From an uncultured Gemmatimonadaceae bacterium (GTDB lineage: Bacteria; Gemmatimonadota; Gemmatimonadetes; Gemmatimonadales; Gemmatimonadaceae), in contig CAWJMB010000002.1 in the NCBI GenBank assembly GCA_963843845.1, positions 2,496,001 to 2,560,000 of the forward strand: DNA of 64,000 bases. Direction: 5' to 3'. Both the position numbers and the translations under genes were made by a program. Within the stretch, counting starts at the first letter, position 1, and every line of letters begins with the position of its first letter. The notes beneath the pieces are model-generated. The model had not been told where the DNA came from. It searched no databases and saw only the letters and a list, made by a program, of their open reading frames with translations. Positions 9,121 to 21,302 of the stretch are shown here, one piece after another.

Positions 9121-9989
9121 GACTCGCACTCCGCGAAGCGCTGCTCGCCTTCCGTCGCACGCCCCTGCTCAGCATCCTCAGCGTCACGACGATCGCGTTC
9201 TCGCTGTTCGCGTTCGGGCTGTTCGGGCTCGTCGCCGTGAATCTCCGCGACGCGTTGGGCAGCGTCGAAGATCGCGTCGAGATCCGCGCGTTCCTCGCCG
9301 ACACCACCCCGGCCGCGACGGCGCAGGCGGCCGCCGACGAGCTGCGTCGCGTGCCCGCCGTGGCGGCGGTGACCTACGTCTCGTCCGACGAGGCGCTCGC
9401 CCGCGCGCGGCGCGACCTCGGCGAGTTCAACGACGTCTGGGCGGCGGCGGTGCTCCCCGCCTCGCTCGACGTGCGCCTGCGCCCGGGGATGCGCGACCCG
9501 GCGACCGTGCAGCAGGTCGCGTCGCGCGCGCGCGGCTATCCGTTCGTCGACGACGTGCGCTACGGCGAGGAGTGGGTGCAGAAGCTCTACCGCATCCGCA
9601 CCGTCGCGACGGCGACCGGCATCACGCTGGGCGCCGCGTTCGCGATCGCCGCGATCATCATCGTCGGCGCGACGATCCGCATGACGGTGCTGTCGCGGTC
9701 GGCCGAGATCCAGATCATGCGGCTCGTCGGCGCGACGGACAGCTTCGTCCGACTTCCGTTCCTGCTCGACGGTCTCACGAAGGGGGTGTTGGGCGGCCTC
9801 CTCGCGCTGCTGCTGACGCGCGTCGCGTACTTCGTCGTCGACCGCTGGTTCCTGCACGTCCAGTTCTTCGATGCGACGCTCGCCGCGTTCGGGGTGCTCG
9901 TCGGCGCGCTGCTCGGCCTGCTCGGAAGCGCGATCTCGGTCGGCCGTCACCTGCGCCTCATCGGGACCGATCGACGGCGCTGGCGGTGA
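9117..9989 (+). CDS. ftsX: cell division permease FtsX
   Basis: TM helix, periplasmic loop, EIQIMRLVGATDSFVRLPFLLDG; overlaps the ftsE stop. Confidence 0.9.
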   Translation: MRLALREALLAFRRTPLLSILSVTTIAFSLFAFGLFGLVAVNLRDALGSVEDRVEIRAFLADTTPAATAQAAADELRRVPAVAAVTYVSSDEALARARRDLGEFNDVWAAAVLPASLDVRLRPGMRDPATVQQVASRARGYPFVDDVRYGEEWVQKLYRIRTVATATGITLGAAFAIAAIIIVGATIRMTVLSRSAEIQIMRLVGATDSFVRLPFLLDGLTKGVLGGLLALLLTRVAYFVVDRWFLHVQFFDATLAAFGVLVGALLGLLGSAISVGRHLRLIGTDRRRWR

Positions 9990-11284
9990 CGGCGCCGCGC
10001 GTGCTCCTCCGGCTCGTCGCGCTCGGCGCGGGCGTGCTGATGGCTGGCTCGGGTGCTGCCGGCGCCCAGTCGAGGCGCCCCCAGCCCACCCCCGCTCCGC
10101 CCCCCCCGACCGCCGCGCGCGGCGCCGAGCTCGCCCGCGTACGGCAGGAGCGAGCGGCACTCGAGCAGCGGATGCGGTCGCTCACCAGCACGGTGCGCGA
10201 CATCAGCGCCGACGTCGACAACATCGCGCGACAGGCGTCGGCGACATCGCGGCTCGTGGCCACGCTCGACCGCCAGCTCGTGTCGATCGACGCAGACGTC
10301 GGCACGACGAGCGCGCAGCTCGACCGCGCGCAGCGCGACCTCGACCGCAAGCAGGTCGCACTCCAGCGCCGGCTCGTCGAGATCTACAAGCGCGGCCCGC
10401 TGTACACGGCCGAGGTGATGTTCTCGGCGGCGTCGCTCGGCGAGCTGGTGACGCGGTACAAGTACCTCCACGAGCTCACGCTGCGCGACCGCTCGCTCGT
10501 TCGGCAGGTCGAGGGGCTGCGCGACGACGTCGCCGGCAAGCGCGCGATGCTGCTGCGACTCCAGAGCGAGCTGGCGCGCAACCGTGCGGAGAAGGCGGAC
10601 GAGGAGACGCGGCTCCGGGCGCTCGAGACGCAGCGCGTGGCGAGCCTGCGGCAGGCGCGCCAGCAGGCATCGCGGACCCAGGCGCGGCTCGCCCAGATCG
10701 CGCGCGACGAGGCGCGGCTGACGAGCGTGATCGCCGCGCTCGAGGCGGCGCGCAAACGTGCCGCCGTCAGGCCGCCCGCGGCGGCCAGAGCGGCGAGCGC
10801 GACGGCGACGCGAGGATCGGGTGCCGTCCCCGCGGCCGGCGCAGCGACGAGCGCGTCGGCGGGCGCGTCGGCGGGCGCGCTCGCGCCGAACACGGCGGGG
10901 CGCGCCGGCTGGCCGGTGAACGGCTCGCTGCTCTACCGCTTCGGCCGCGTGGTGAGCGCGAACAACACGTCGACGCGCTGGAACGGCATCGGCATCGGCG
11001 CCCCGGCCGGCACGCCCGTTCGTGCCGTCGCCGCCGGTACTGTCGTCGTGGCCGAGACGATGGGGAGCTACGGACTCACGGTCATCGTGCAGCACGGCGG
11101 CGACTACTCGATCTACGGCTCGCTCGCACGCACCGACGTGCGCAAGGGTGCGACGGTCGCGCGCGGCGAGACCCTCGGCGCGGTGGGCTCGGCGGACCCC
11201 GATCTTCCGCCGCACCTACATTTCGAGATCCGCCCGAGCGGGCGCGCGATCGACCCGCTACCGTGGCTCGGCGCGCAGCGCTGA
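9986..11284 (+). CDS. EnvC-like murein hydrolase activator (coiled coil + M23 domain)
   Basis: signal peptide, long coiled coil, WNGIGI (first Zn ligand degenerate), HLHFEIR...IDPLPW; directly after ftsEX. Confidence 0.85.
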   Translation: MTAPRVLLRLVALGAGVLMAGSGAAGAQSRRPQPTPAPPPPTAARGAELARVRQERAALEQRMRSLTSTVRDISADVDNIARQASATSRLVATLDRQLVSIDADVGTTSAQLDRAQRDLDRKQVALQRRLVEIYKRGPLYTAEVMFSAASLGELVTRYKYLHELTLRDRSLVRQVEGLRDDVAGKRAMLLRLQSELARNRAEKADEETRLRALETQRVASLRQARQQASRTQARLAQIARDEARLTSVIAALEAARKRAAVRPPAAARAASATATRGSGAVPAAGAATSASAGASAGALAPNTAGRAGWPVNGSLLYRFGRVVSANNTSTRWNGIGIGAPAGTPVRAVAAGTVVVAETMGSYGLTVIVQHGGDYSIYGSLARTDVRKGATVARGETLGAVGSADPDLPPHLHFEIRPSGRAIDPLPWLGAQR

Positions 11285-11306
11285 CGACTCTTCTGCCTCT
11301 CGTTCG

Positions 11307-12161
11307 ATGGCGACCTGCGACTACCTCGGTGCTCACGTCTCGACCGCCGGCGGCCTGGCGACCGCGCCGCCGCGCGCGAGGGCCATCGCCGCGTCGGCGA
11401 TGCAGCTGTTCACGAAGCAGGCGAATCGGTGGGCGGAACGGGTGTGCCCCGACGACGAGTGCGCGTCGTTCGCGACCGCGCTGCGGGAGACCGACGTCGC
11501 GTCGACGATCTCGCACGACAGCTACCTCATCAACCTCGCGTCGCCGGACGCGCTGCTGCGGGCACGGTCGGTGGACTCGTTCGCGGCCGAGCTGGCCCGC
11601 TGCGAAGCGTTAGGCATCCATTTTCTCGTGTCGCACCCCGGCAACTACATCGACGATCACGACGAAGGGATCGTGCGCAACGCCGAGGGGATCGCGGAGG
11701 CGCTCGACCGCGTGCCGGGGACGACGGTGCTCTGTCTCGAGACCACGGCCGGCTCCGGGACGGCGTTGGGCCGCACGTTCGAGGAGTTGGCCGCGATCAT
11801 CGCGCGACTGCCCGCGGCCCAGCAGTCGCGCGTCGGGGTGTGCGTCGACACCTGTCACGTCTACTCTGCCGGGTACGATCTCGCCACCGACTACGATGGC
11901 GTCATGACGCGACTCGGCGACACGCTCGGCTTCGACCGCGTGCGCGTGATGCACCTGAACGACTCGAAGACGCCGTTCGCGTCGCGGAAGGACCGCCACG
12001 AGCTGATCGCGGAAGGCTCGCTCGGCGAGCGCCCGTTCCGGCGCATCATGACCGACCCGCGCCTCGCGACCACGCCGAAGGTGATCGAGACGCCCAAGCT
12101 CGACGACGCGACCGCGACCGACACGCGGATGTTGGAGCGGCTGCGGAGCTACGCGGCGTAA
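11307..12161 (+). CDS. nfo: endonuclease IV (AP endonuclease)
   Basis: LGAHVSTAGG, HDSYLINLAS, LETTAG, CVDTCH, HLNDSK...KDRH, IETP. Confidence 0.95.
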   Translation: MATCDYLGAHVSTAGGLATAPPRARAIAASAMQLFTKQANRWAERVCPDDECASFATALRETDVASTISHDSYLINLASPDALLRARSVDSFAAELARCEALGIHFLVSHPGNYIDDHDEGIVRNAEGIAEALDRVPGTTVLCLETTAGSGTALGRTFEELAAIIARLPAAQQSRVGVCVDTCHVYSAGYDLATDYDGVMTRLGDTLGFDRVRVMHLNDSKTPFASRKDRHELIAEGSLGERPFRRIMTDPRLATTPKVIETPKLDDATATDTRMLERLRSYAA

Positions 12162-12184
12162 CCGAAGCGCTCTAGTTTGTCGCC

Positions 12185-14494
12185 ATGAAGCGCGAAGACG
12201 CCCTCGAATACCACGAGCGTGGACGCCCCGGCAAGATCGCCGTCGTCCCGACGAAGCCGCTGACGAACCAGCGCGACCTGGCGCTCGCCTACTCGCCGGG
12301 CGTCGCCGAACCGTGCCGCGAGATCGCGCGGAACCCGGAGGAGGCGTACCGCTACACGGCGAAGGGGAACCTCGTCGCCGTCGTCACGAACGGCACGGCC
12401 GTGCTGGGACTGGGCAACATCGGCGCGCTCGCCGGGAAGCCGGTGATGGAGGGCAAGGGAAATCTGTTCAAGCAGTTCGCCGACCTCGACTGCTTCGACC
12501 TCGAGGTCGGCAGCGAGACGCCGGACGACGTCGTGCGCTTCTGCCAGCTGCTCGAGCCGACCGTCGGCGGGATCAACCTCGAGGACATCCGCGCGCCCGA
12601 CTGCTTCTACATCGAGGAGACGCTGCGGAAGACGATGAAGATCCCCGTCTTCCACGACGACCAGCACGGAACGGCGATCATCTCCGGCGCCGCGCTGCTG
12701 AACGCGCTCGAGATCGTCGGCAAGCCCATCGGCGAGATCAAGGTCGTCTTCTCCGGCGCCGGCGCCGCGGCGATCGCGACGGCGGAGCACTACGTGCGGC
12801 TCGGGGTGCGGCGCGAGCGGATCTGGATGTGCGACCGCGACGGCCTCGTCTACGTCGGGCGCGGGGGCATGGACCCGTACAAGGCGCGCTTCGCGCACCC
12901 GGACGACGGGGCGCGCGCGTTGGGCGACGTCATCGGCGATGCCGACGTGTTCGTCGGGCTCTCGGTCGCCGGCGCGCTGTCGCCTGCCATGGTCGCTGCG
13001 ATGGCGCCGCAGCCGATCATCTTCGCCCTCGCGAACCCGCTGCCGGAGATCCTCCCGGACGAGGTTCGCGCCGTGCGCGACGACGCGATCATCGCGACCG
13101 GACGGAGCGACTACCCGAACCAGGTCAACAACGTCCTCGGCTTCCCCTTCATCTTTCGCGGCGCACTCGACGCGCGCGCGACCGAGGTGAACGAGGAGAT
13201 GAAGATGGCCGCCACGCGCGCGCTCGCGTTACTGGCGCGCGAGGACGTGCCGGAGACGGTGAGCCGACTGTACGGGCTGAAGACGGTCAAGTTCGGACCC
13301 GAGTACCTCATCCCCTTCCCGTTCGATCCGCGCGTCCTGCTCTGGATCGCGCCGGCGGTCGCGTGGGCGGCCGTCGCGAGCGGCGTCGCGCAGACGTTCA
13401 TCGACGTCGAGAGCTACCGCGAGCAGCTCGAGGCGCGGCTCGGCCGCGCGCGCGGGATCATGCGCGGGATCATCAACCGCGCCGTCGCGGACCCGCGCCG
13501 GGTCGTGTTCGCCGAGGGCGACGAGCCGAAGATCATGCGCGCCGCGCGCATCTGCGCGGACGAGGGGATCGCCGACCCGATTCTGCTGGGCAGCGCCGAC
13601 CGCATTCGCCGCGCGGCCGCCGAGCACGCGATCGCCCTCGACGACATCGAGGTCGTCGACACGGCGTCGTGGCCGGCGCGCGACACGTACGCGCGCTACC
13701 TCTGGGAGCGCCGGCAACGCAAAGGGATGTCGTTGGGCGAGGCCTACCAGCGGCTGCACAACGCGAACTACTTCGGCGCCTGCATGGTCGCCTGCGGCGA
13801 CGCCGACGCGATGCTCTCCGGCGTGAACGCGGCGTATCCGGAGACCATCCGCCCCGCACTCGAAGCGGTCGGCGCCCACCCGAAGGCGGGGATCCTGAGC
13901 GGGATGTACATGCTCGTCTTCGACAAGCGCGTCGTGTTCTGCGGCGACACGACCGTCACGATCGACCCGACGGCCGAGCAGCTCGCGCAGATCGCGTACG
14001 CGGCGAGTCGCATCGTGCGGACGTTCGGCGAGGAGCCGCGCGTCGCCATGCTCTCGTTCTCGAACTTCGGCTCGGTGCGCCACCCGCACGCCGAGAAGGT
14101 CGCGCAGGCCGTGCGGCTGCTGCGCCAGCGCGACCCGTCGCTCATCGTCGACGGGGAGATGCAGGCCGACACGGCGGTCGATGCGGAGATTCTGCGCGAG
14201 CGGTATCCGTTCTCGTCGCTCAAGGACGAGGCGAACGTGCTGATCTTTCCGAACTTGAGCGCCGGCAACATCGCGTACAAGTTGTTGAATCACCTCGGCG
14301 GGGCGACGGCGATCGGGCCGATCCTCGTCGGGATGGCGCGTCCGATCCATGTGCTCGAGCAGGGCGCCGACGTACAAGACATCGTGAACATGGCCGCCGT
14401 CGCCGTCATGGACGCCCAGTCGCGTGGCCGTAGCGCAGAAGGCAGCGCGTTCGGTCCGGGACTGCCCCGCGCCCGCGAAGCCGGCATCCTTTGA
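12185..14494 (+). CDS. maeB: NADP-dependent malic enzyme with phosphotransacetylase-like domain
   Basis: [47 protein letters not shown]-like [11 protein letters not shown] and DGEMQAD. Confidence 0.95.
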   Translation: MKREDALEYHERGRPGKIAVVPTKPLTNQRDLALAYSPGVAEPCREIARNPEEAYRYTAKGNLVAVVTNGTAVLGLGNIGALAGKPVMEGKGNLFKQFADLDCFDLEVGSETPDDVVRFCQLLEPTVGGINLEDIRAPDCFYIEETLRKTMKIPVFHDDQHGTAIISGAALLNALEIVGKPIGEIKVVFSGAGAAAIATAEHYVRLGVRRERIWMCDRDGLVYVGRGGMDPYKARFAHPDDGARALGDVIGDADVFVGLSVAGALSPAMVAAMAPQPIIFALANPLPEILPDEVRAVRDDAIIATGRSDYPNQVNNVLGFPFIFRGALDARATEVNEEMKMAATRALALLAREDVPETVSRLYGLKTVKFGPEYLIPFPFDPRVLLWIAPAVAWAAVASGVAQTFIDVESYREQLEARLGRARGIMRGIINRAVADPRRVVFAEGDEPKIMRAARICADEGIADPILLGSADRIRRAAAEHAIALDDIEVVDTASWPARDTYARYLWERRQRKGMSLGEAYQRLHNANYFGACMVACGDADAMLSGVNAAYPETIRPALEAVGAHPKAGILSGMYMLVFDKRVVFCGDTTVTIDPTAEQLAQIAYAASRIVRTFGEEPRVAMLSFSNFGSVRHPHAEKVAQAVRLLRQRDPSLIVDGEMQADTAVDAEILRERYPFSSLKDEANVLIFPNLSAGNIAYKLLNHLGGATAIGPILVGMARPIHVLEQGADVQDIVNMAAVAVMDAQSRGRSAEGSAFGPGLPRAREAGIL

Positions 14495-14520
14495 ACCGCT
14501 TCCCGCTACCCCTTCCACGC

Positions 14521-16159
14521 ATGGCGACGCTCACCTCACCGCAGCGCGCGACCGACGGCACGAACGGAACGTCCGGCCGCGGCGCCGGCTCCCTCGACGC
14601 GCTCGGCGTCACGCCGTCAGGCGCGGTGCACTGGAACCTCGTCGCACCGGAGCTGGTGCAGGCCGCTATCCGCCGCGGTGAGGGGCAGCTCGCCGACCGC
14701 GGGCCGTTCGTCGCCGTCACGTCGCCACACACCGGGCGCTCCCCGAACGACAAGTTCGTCGTGCGCGAGGCGTCGAGCGAGGCGGACATCGACTGGGGCA
14801 AGGTCAACCAGCCGATGAGCGAGCAGCACTTCGACACGCTGCTCGCCGACGTCCAGCAGTATCTGAGCGGTCTCGACGAGCTGTTCGTACAGGATCTGTA
14901 CTGTGGCGCCGACCCGTCGCTCCGCCTCAAGGTGCGCTACGTCCTGCCGAACGCGTGGCACGCGAACTTCGTGCGGAACATGTTCATCCGCCCCGGCGCC
15001 GACGAGCTGGAGGGGTTCGATCCGAACTTCACCGTGCTGCACGCGCCCGAGCTCCAGGCCGATCCGGCGCGCCACGGCACCCGCACCGGCACGTTCATCG
15101 TCGTGCACGTCGGCCGCCGCACGATCCTCATCGGCGGGACGCGCTACGCCGGCGAGATGAAGAAGGCGATGTTCACGATCATGAACTACCTCATGCCGAA
15201 GCAGGGCGTGCTCTCGATGCACTGCTCGGCGAACATCGGTCCGGATGGCGACACGGCGCTGTTCTTCGGCCTCTCCGGCACCGGCAAGACGACGCTCTCG
15301 GCCGACCCGGAACGCGGTCTCATCGGCGACGACGAGCACGGGTGGAGCGACGACGGCGACGTTCAATTTCGAAGGCGGCTGCTATGCCAAGGTGATCAAC
15401 CTGTCGGCCGAGGGCGAGCCGGACATCTTCGCGACGACGCAGATGTTCGGCACGGTGCTGGAAAACGTGGTGCTCGACGACGCGCGTCGCGTGAAGTTCG
15501 AGGACCAGTCGATCACGGAGAACACGCGCGCCAGCTATCCGATCGAGTACATCCGCAACTACGTCCCCAGCGGACGCGGCGGGCACCCGAAGCACGTCGT
15601 CTTCCTCACGGCCGACGCGTTCGGCGTGCTGCCGCCGATCGCCCGCCTGACGCCCGAGCAGGCGATGTACTACTTCCTGTCCGGCTACACCGCGAAGGTC
15701 GCCGGCACCGAGCGCGGCGTGACCGAGCCGCAGGCGACCTTCAGCGCCTGCTTCGGCGCCGTATTCCTCGTCTGGCATCCGACGAAGTACGCGCAGATGC
15801 TCGGCGAGAAGCTTCGCGAGCACGGCTCGCACGTCTGGCTCGTGAATACGGGCTGGAGCGGCGGGCCGTACGGCGTCGGCAAGCGCATGAAGCTCGGCTA
15901 CACGCGGGCGATGGTCCGCGCGGCGCTGAGCGGGGCGCTCGACGACGTCGCGACCGAGACCGACCCGGTATTCGGCCTCGCCGTGCCGACGACGATTCCG
16001 AACGTCCCGAGCGATGTGCTGCGCGCGCGCGACACGTGGAGCGACCGCGCCGCGTACGACGCGCAGGCGACGAAGCTGGCCGCGATGTTTCGCCAGAACA
16101 TCGGCAAGTTCGGCGACGCGGTGAGCCCGGAGATCTGCGCCGCAGGGCCGCGCGGCTGA
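14521..16159 (+). CDS. pckA: phosphoenolpyruvate carboxykinase (ATP), apparent indel near 15360
   Basis: [37 protein letters not shown], then [10 protein letters not shown] and FSACFG in another frame. Confidence 0.95.
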
Positions 16160-16272
16160 CGACCGAATGGTGGGCGCGCCGTGGGCGCGGCGTGGGCCGC
16201 TGATGGCCCGCGGCGTGCCCACGCCGGGGATGCCGATCCGGCTTCGCTGATCGCCGCCGACAGACCCCCCTC

Positions 16273-18157
16273 GTGTCCCAGTCGATCGAGCGCCGTTTGC
16301 CGTTGCTGATGACCGCGGTTCTCGCCGCGGTCCTCGCGACGTCGCTGGCATCGACGTACCGCGCCCTCTCCTCCGCCGCCGAGGCGGCGGCGGAGTCGAG
16401 ACTGACCCAGGTCGGTCAGTCGCTCGCCGCGGCGTCGGCGCAGGCGGCGCTGACGCGGAACGCGCTGCTCGCGCGCGTGGTGCGCGACAGCGCGGTCGTT
16501 CGGGCACTCCAGGCGGCCCGCGGGCGCGGCGCGACACCGCCGCGCGACGTCATCGCCGCCGCCGAGACGGCGCTCGCGCGGGTGCAGCAGCCGGCCGACA
16601 GCAACCTCCCGGCGACACTCTGGACGGCTGACGGCGAGCGAGTCGCCGCCGTCGGGGGCGGGGCCGCGATTCGCCCCTCGCCTGGCACGGTCGACGTGCA
16701 ACCGCGCGGCGAGCTTCCTGCCGTCGCGCCCCCGTCGCTCGCGAACATCGCGCGCGACTCGGTGCACGTCAGCGAGCTCTACGTCTCGGGCGGACGCGTC
16801 TACTTCGACGTCGTCGCCCCGGTCGACGCCGGCGGCGTGCGGCTCGGCTACGTCCACATGCTGCGGCGCATCTCGAGCAACCCGCGCGTCGCGACGCAGC
16901 TGCGCGATCTGACCGGCGAGGACGTGGCACTCTACATCCACCAGCGCGGCCAGCCGCTCTGGGCGTCGATGCGCGGGACGTCGACGGTGGCCGCGGCGGC
17001 GACCGACGATTCGGACCTCGTGGTCCGCGACGGTCGGACGCAGCTCACCGCCACGGCGACGATTCCGTCGTCGAACTGGCAGTTCACGCTGGAGGAGCCG
17101 CTCGACATCGTCTTGCGGCGTCCGCGCGCGCTCCTGCGCGGACTCGTCATCGTCAGCCTCCTCCTCATGCTCGTCGGCGTCGCCGCGGCCTGGGCGATCG
17201 GCCGCCGCGTCGCCCGTCCGATCATCGCGTTGACGACGGCCGCAGAGGCGATCGCGCGCGGCGACTACCGGTCGCGCGCGAATGCCGTGGGCGGGTACGA
17301 CGAAGTGAACCGGCTCGCCGACAGCTTCAACGTGATGGCCGGTGCCGTCGAGACGTCGGTACGCGCGACGAACGAGGCGCGCGACAGTGCGGAGAGCGCG
17401 AGCCGCGCGAAAGGGGACTTCCTCGCCGTCATGAGCCACGAGCTGCGAACGCCGCTCAACGCCATCAGCGGCTACGCGGATCTGCTGCGCATCGGCGTCT
17501 ACGGACCGATGACCGACGCGCAGCTCCAGGCCCTCGGCCGCATCGCGCGGAGCCAGCAACATCTGCTCGGGCTGATCGACGACGTGCTGACGTTCGCGAA
17601 GCTGAACGCGTCGGTCGAGCCGATCGCGCTCGCCGAAGTGCTGATCTTCGAGACGCTCGTGACGGCGGAGGCCATGGTGCTGCCGCAGCTCGAGACCAAG
17701 GGCATCGTCTACCGGCGCGAGGACTGCGCGCCCTCCGTCGTCGTGCACGCGGACGGCGACAAGCTGCGGCAGATCGTGCTCGAATCTCCTGACCAATGCC
17801 GTCAAGTTCACGCCACCGGGCGGCGAGATCCTCCTGCGCTGCGAGGCGGCGCGCGACGTGGTTCACGTGTCGGTGCGCGACTCCGGCGTCGGGATTCCGG
17901 CGGATCGGCTGGCGCACATCTTCGAGCCGTTCGTGCAGGTCGAGCGCGCGCTGAACCGGCCGCACGACGGCGTCGGGCTCGGGCTGGCGATCAGCCGCGA
18001 TCTCGCGACCCGGCTCGGCGGCTCGCTCACGGTCGAGAGCGAGGTCGGAGCCGGATCGCTGTTCACGCTGACGGTACCGCGTGTGCGCTCCTCGATCGAG
18101 GCGGCGACGGTGCAGACATCCCCCGGCACCGGTCGGCCTGACGCCGCTCCCGCCTAA
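16273..18157 (+). CDS. membrane sensor histidine kinase (TM-sensor-TM-HAMP-HisKA-HATPase), apparent indel near 17785
   Basis: MSHELRTPLNAI; after the shift LTNAVKFT, VRDSGVGI, IFEPFVQ, GVGLGLAIS. Confidence 0.9.
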
Positions 18158-19746
18158 CGCGGCGGTGCCGACCGTCGCAGCGCGATCGCCTGCGCGGCGT
18201 TCGCCACGACGCGCCGGGCGTAGGTGAGCGTGGCGGCATCCGGCGGCGACGCGACGGCCGTACGGTCGGCGTAGATCGCGCCGATGGTCGTGCCGCCGAC
18301 CGAGATCGAGAACAGCGCCGCCGACGTCGCGCCCCACCCCTTCAACAGCGTCGCGTCGGACGCGGCGTGGCGGCCGCCGCGGACCAGCACCACTTCCTTC
18401 CCGCGCAACAGCGTCGTGCCGATCTCACTCGCGTGCGCGAACGGCACGACGAGGCGCTCGACGAACGCTTCGACGCCGCGACCGAGACCGAACCGCGCGC
18501 GGAACTCGCTCGTCCGGAGGTGGGCCGCACAGAAACAGGCGCGGTCGAACGGCCCACCGCGCAGGACCGCCTCGAGCGCGACGAGCATGGCGCGCGGCAA
18601 CTCGTACGTCGCCGACGTGCACGGCGGCGGCGGTGACGTCGTTCAGCAGCCGTTCGCGTAGCGCGACGAGCGCGGGACCGGCGAGCGGCGGTTCCGCCGT
18701 GCCATCCGCCACCGGCACGATCTGCGGCGCCTCGCCGTTCGGTGCGTCGGTCGGTCGTGGCTGGTCAGCGCCGGTCTCGGGCTCGGCGTCGGAGAGCGCG
18801 ACGGCGAGCTGTCGCGTGAGTCGGAGATCGTCGAGCGCGACGTTCGCGCTCGCGAAGATCTCGCGCGTCTCGGCGACGCCGGCGTCGGCGATCGACGCGA
18901 GCAGCTCGCGCGTGAGGCCGAGCCGCTCGCCGTACCGGAAGGCCACGCGCTGCACGGCGTTTCGCGGCGTCGCCGCGTCTTCCCGATAGATCGCGCACGC
19001 GAAGTCGTGCCCGAACGCGGTCGCGAGCGAGAGCGGATCCTCGCCGCGCGCACCGGTCGCGCGCATCGCGTTGCGCACGCTGTCCGGCATTCCCCACTGT
19101 TCGGCGATGCGGACGCCCACGTCCTCGAAGGAGCAGCCGAGCACGGCGGGCGCCGCCTGCGCGCGCATCGCTGCGCGCCGACGCCAGCTCGCGAGACTGG
19201 CCTCGCGCGTGCCGCACGTGTCGGAGAAAGTTGTCGTACTCCACCGGCAGATGCGCGGCGACGAGCACCTCGCCGAGGTTGCGGAACATGCCGCAGAGCT
19301 GCGCCGTCTCCGGGTCGGCCGTCCCGGCGAACGCGGTGACGTCGCGCGCGTGGCTCCCGGTGATGAGCGAGAGGAGCATCAGCTCCTTCATGCCCCGGCG
19401 ATCGCCGGCGGTACTGCTCGAACAGCAGCAGCGCGCTCGCGAGGTCGCGCACGTTGCGCGCGCCGAGCAGCATGAGGGCGTGCGTCGCACTCTGCACGGC
19501 GCGGCCCGAGCGATTGTAGTGCACCGTGTTCGCGGTGCGAATGACCTTGACCGTCAGCGCGTAGTCGCGCAGCACGACGTTCGCGAGTCGCTGCGCCGAG
19601 GCGTCGTCGCCGCGCAGCGAGGCCATGAGCTCGGTCATGACCCGCGAGAACGCCGGGACGTCGTCTGCCGCGAGGATGCGGCGCACGTACTCGTCGCGGC
19701 GCAGTCGGCGGGGCGCGTGGGGGGGGCGGCGGGGATCATCGGTCAC
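18154..19746 (-). CDS. HDOD-domain protein with C-terminal GAF-like domain (about 3 apparent indels)
   Basis: VPAFSRV...LANVVLRDYALTVKVIRTANTVHY...ALMLLG; CGMFRNLGEVL; AEQWGMP; C-terminal FDRAC...GAIYADR. Confidence 0.75.
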
Positions 19747-19812
19747 GAGTATCGGCGCCGGCGGAGCCCTTTCACCGACGCTCGGCCGTCGCCGGCCTAA
19801 CGTTTCCCGCGC

Positions 19813-21084
19813 ATGGAGATCATCCGCGATCCGCTCTGGAACAACATCCGCGTCGACCCGATCGCGCTGCGGCTCGTCGATACCCCGGTGTTCCAGCGGC
19901 TGCGCTACATCCGCCAACTCGGACTCGCGTACCTGGTCTACCCGGGCGCGACGCACTCCCGCTTCGAGCACGCCCTGGGCGCGTATCATCTCGCGTGCAC
20001 GACGCTCCGACTGCTGGGTGAGCGCGGCGACCTGCGGCCGGTCGCCGACGACGAGCCGGCGATCGTGCGCGCGGCCGCGTTGCTGCACGACGTCGGACAC
20101 TACCCGTTCTCGCACGCGCTCGAGGAGATCGGCGTGCTGCATCACGAGCGCGTCGGCGAGCCGCTCGTCACCGACGGCGCGGTGGCAGCGATCCTGCGCG
20201 ACGCGATCGGCGACGATGCGCCCGAGCGCGTGTATGCGATGATCGCCGGCCTGGGCGACAGCCCGCTCCGCGGCCTGATCTCCGGCTCGATCGATCTCGA
20301 CAAGATCGAGTACCTGAAGCGCGACGCGCTGATGTGCGGCGTGCCGTACGGCGAGATCGACGTCGACCGCCTGCTGAACGCGCTCGCGGTCGTGCCGGAC
20401 CCCGATCGTGGCACCCCGGTCGTCGCGCTGCGGGAGAAGGGGCTCTCGGCACTCGAGTCGCTGCTGTTCGCGAAGTATCAGATGTACCGCAACGTGTACT
20501 GGCACCACGCGGTGCGCTCGGCGACGGCGATGTACAAGCGGCTCGTCGACGACGCGCTGCGCGCGGAGGCGCTCCGGGCGCGCGAGCTGGTGGGGTTCAC
20601 CGACGAAGGGCTGCTGCACGCGCTGGAGCAGCGCGCTCCGTCTCCGTTGCTCGGCGCGCTGCGGACGCGGCGGCTGTACAAGCGGGCCGTGGAGTGCCCG
20701 GCGGCCGACTTCGACGACACGTTCGGCGACTGGATCGCGCACGATCGTGCGCTGACGGTGGCAGTCGAAGACCGGCTCGCCGCGGAACTCGGACTCGCGC
20801 CCGGCGAGCTGCTGCTCGACTACCCGGCGAAGACGCGGATGCTCGGGCTCGACCTGCCGGTGCTTCGCCGCACGGGAGGTGTGCAACGCCTCACCACCGC
20901 CGGCCTCGAGGGCGCGATCAACCTGCCGACGCTCTCCGAACAGCTCTACCGCTCGGCGCGCTGGCTTCGCGTGTTCGTCGCGCGACCGGTCCCGCTCGCG
21001 CGTCAGCAGCTCGAGTCGGCGCTCCAGCGCCCGGCGGGGGAGCTCGCAGCGATGGTGGCCCGAGGCGACGCGCTGCTCGACTAG
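19813..21084 (+). CDS. HD-superfamily phosphohydrolase (dNTPase-like)
   Basis: FQRLRYIRQLG, YPGATHSRFEH, LLHDVGHYPFSH, DLDKIEYLKRD, MYRNVYWH. Confidence 0.9.
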   Translation: MEIIRDPLWNNIRVDPIALRLVDTPVFQRLRYIRQLGLAYLVYPGATHSRFEHALGAYHLACTTLRLLGERGDLRPVADDEPAIVRAAALLHDVGHYPFSHALEEIGVLHHERVGEPLVTDGAVAAILRDAIGDDAPERVYAMIAGLGDSPLRGLISGSIDLDKIEYLKRDALMCGVPYGEIDVDRLLNALAVVPDPDRGTPVVALREKGLSALESLLFAKYQMYRNVYWHHAVRSATAMYKRLVDDALRAEALRARELVGFTDEGLLHALEQRAPSPLLGALRTRRLYKRAVECPAADFDDTFGDWIAHDRALTVAVEDRLAAELGLAPGELLLDYPAKTRMLGLDLPVLRRTGGVQRLTTAGLEGAINLPTLSEQLYRSARWLRVFVARPVPLARQQLESALQRPAGELAAMVARGDALLD

Positions 21085-21105
21085 CGAGGCACGACGCCGA
21101 CCGAC

Positions 21106-21300
21106 CTAGCGCGTGGCTCCCTTCTCCCGCCCATACGCCTCGGCCAGCTTCCGGCCGAGCCCGCGGTAGAACGCGGCATCCTCCCGCCGCGCGCCCTCGT
21201 CGAGCGACATGGCGGCGAGCTCGATCGCATACAGGATGTTGCCGATGTACAACCGCGCGACGTCGGCGAACGCCTCGTCCGGCGTCGGCTCCGGCGCCAC
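21106..21300 (-). CDS. small hypothetical protein (64 aa)
   Basis: GTG just after the PP2C stop; VAPEPTPDEAFADVARLYIGNILYAIEL...LAEAYGRE, normal codon usage. Confidence 0.6.
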   Translation of the reverse strand: MAPEPTPDEAFADVARLYIGNILYAIELAAMSLDEGARREDAAFYRGLGRKLAEAYGREKGATR

Positions 21301-21302
21301 GA

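Noticed and set aside
16204..16219. Sigma54-like TGGCCC-N5-GTGCC before the histidine kinase
   Set aside because: Almost all G/C, so easily produced by chance in this genome
19813..21084. HD protein as an anti-phage dNTPase
   Set aside because: Matches the widespread housekeeping HD family in ordinary context, with no defence-island neighbours
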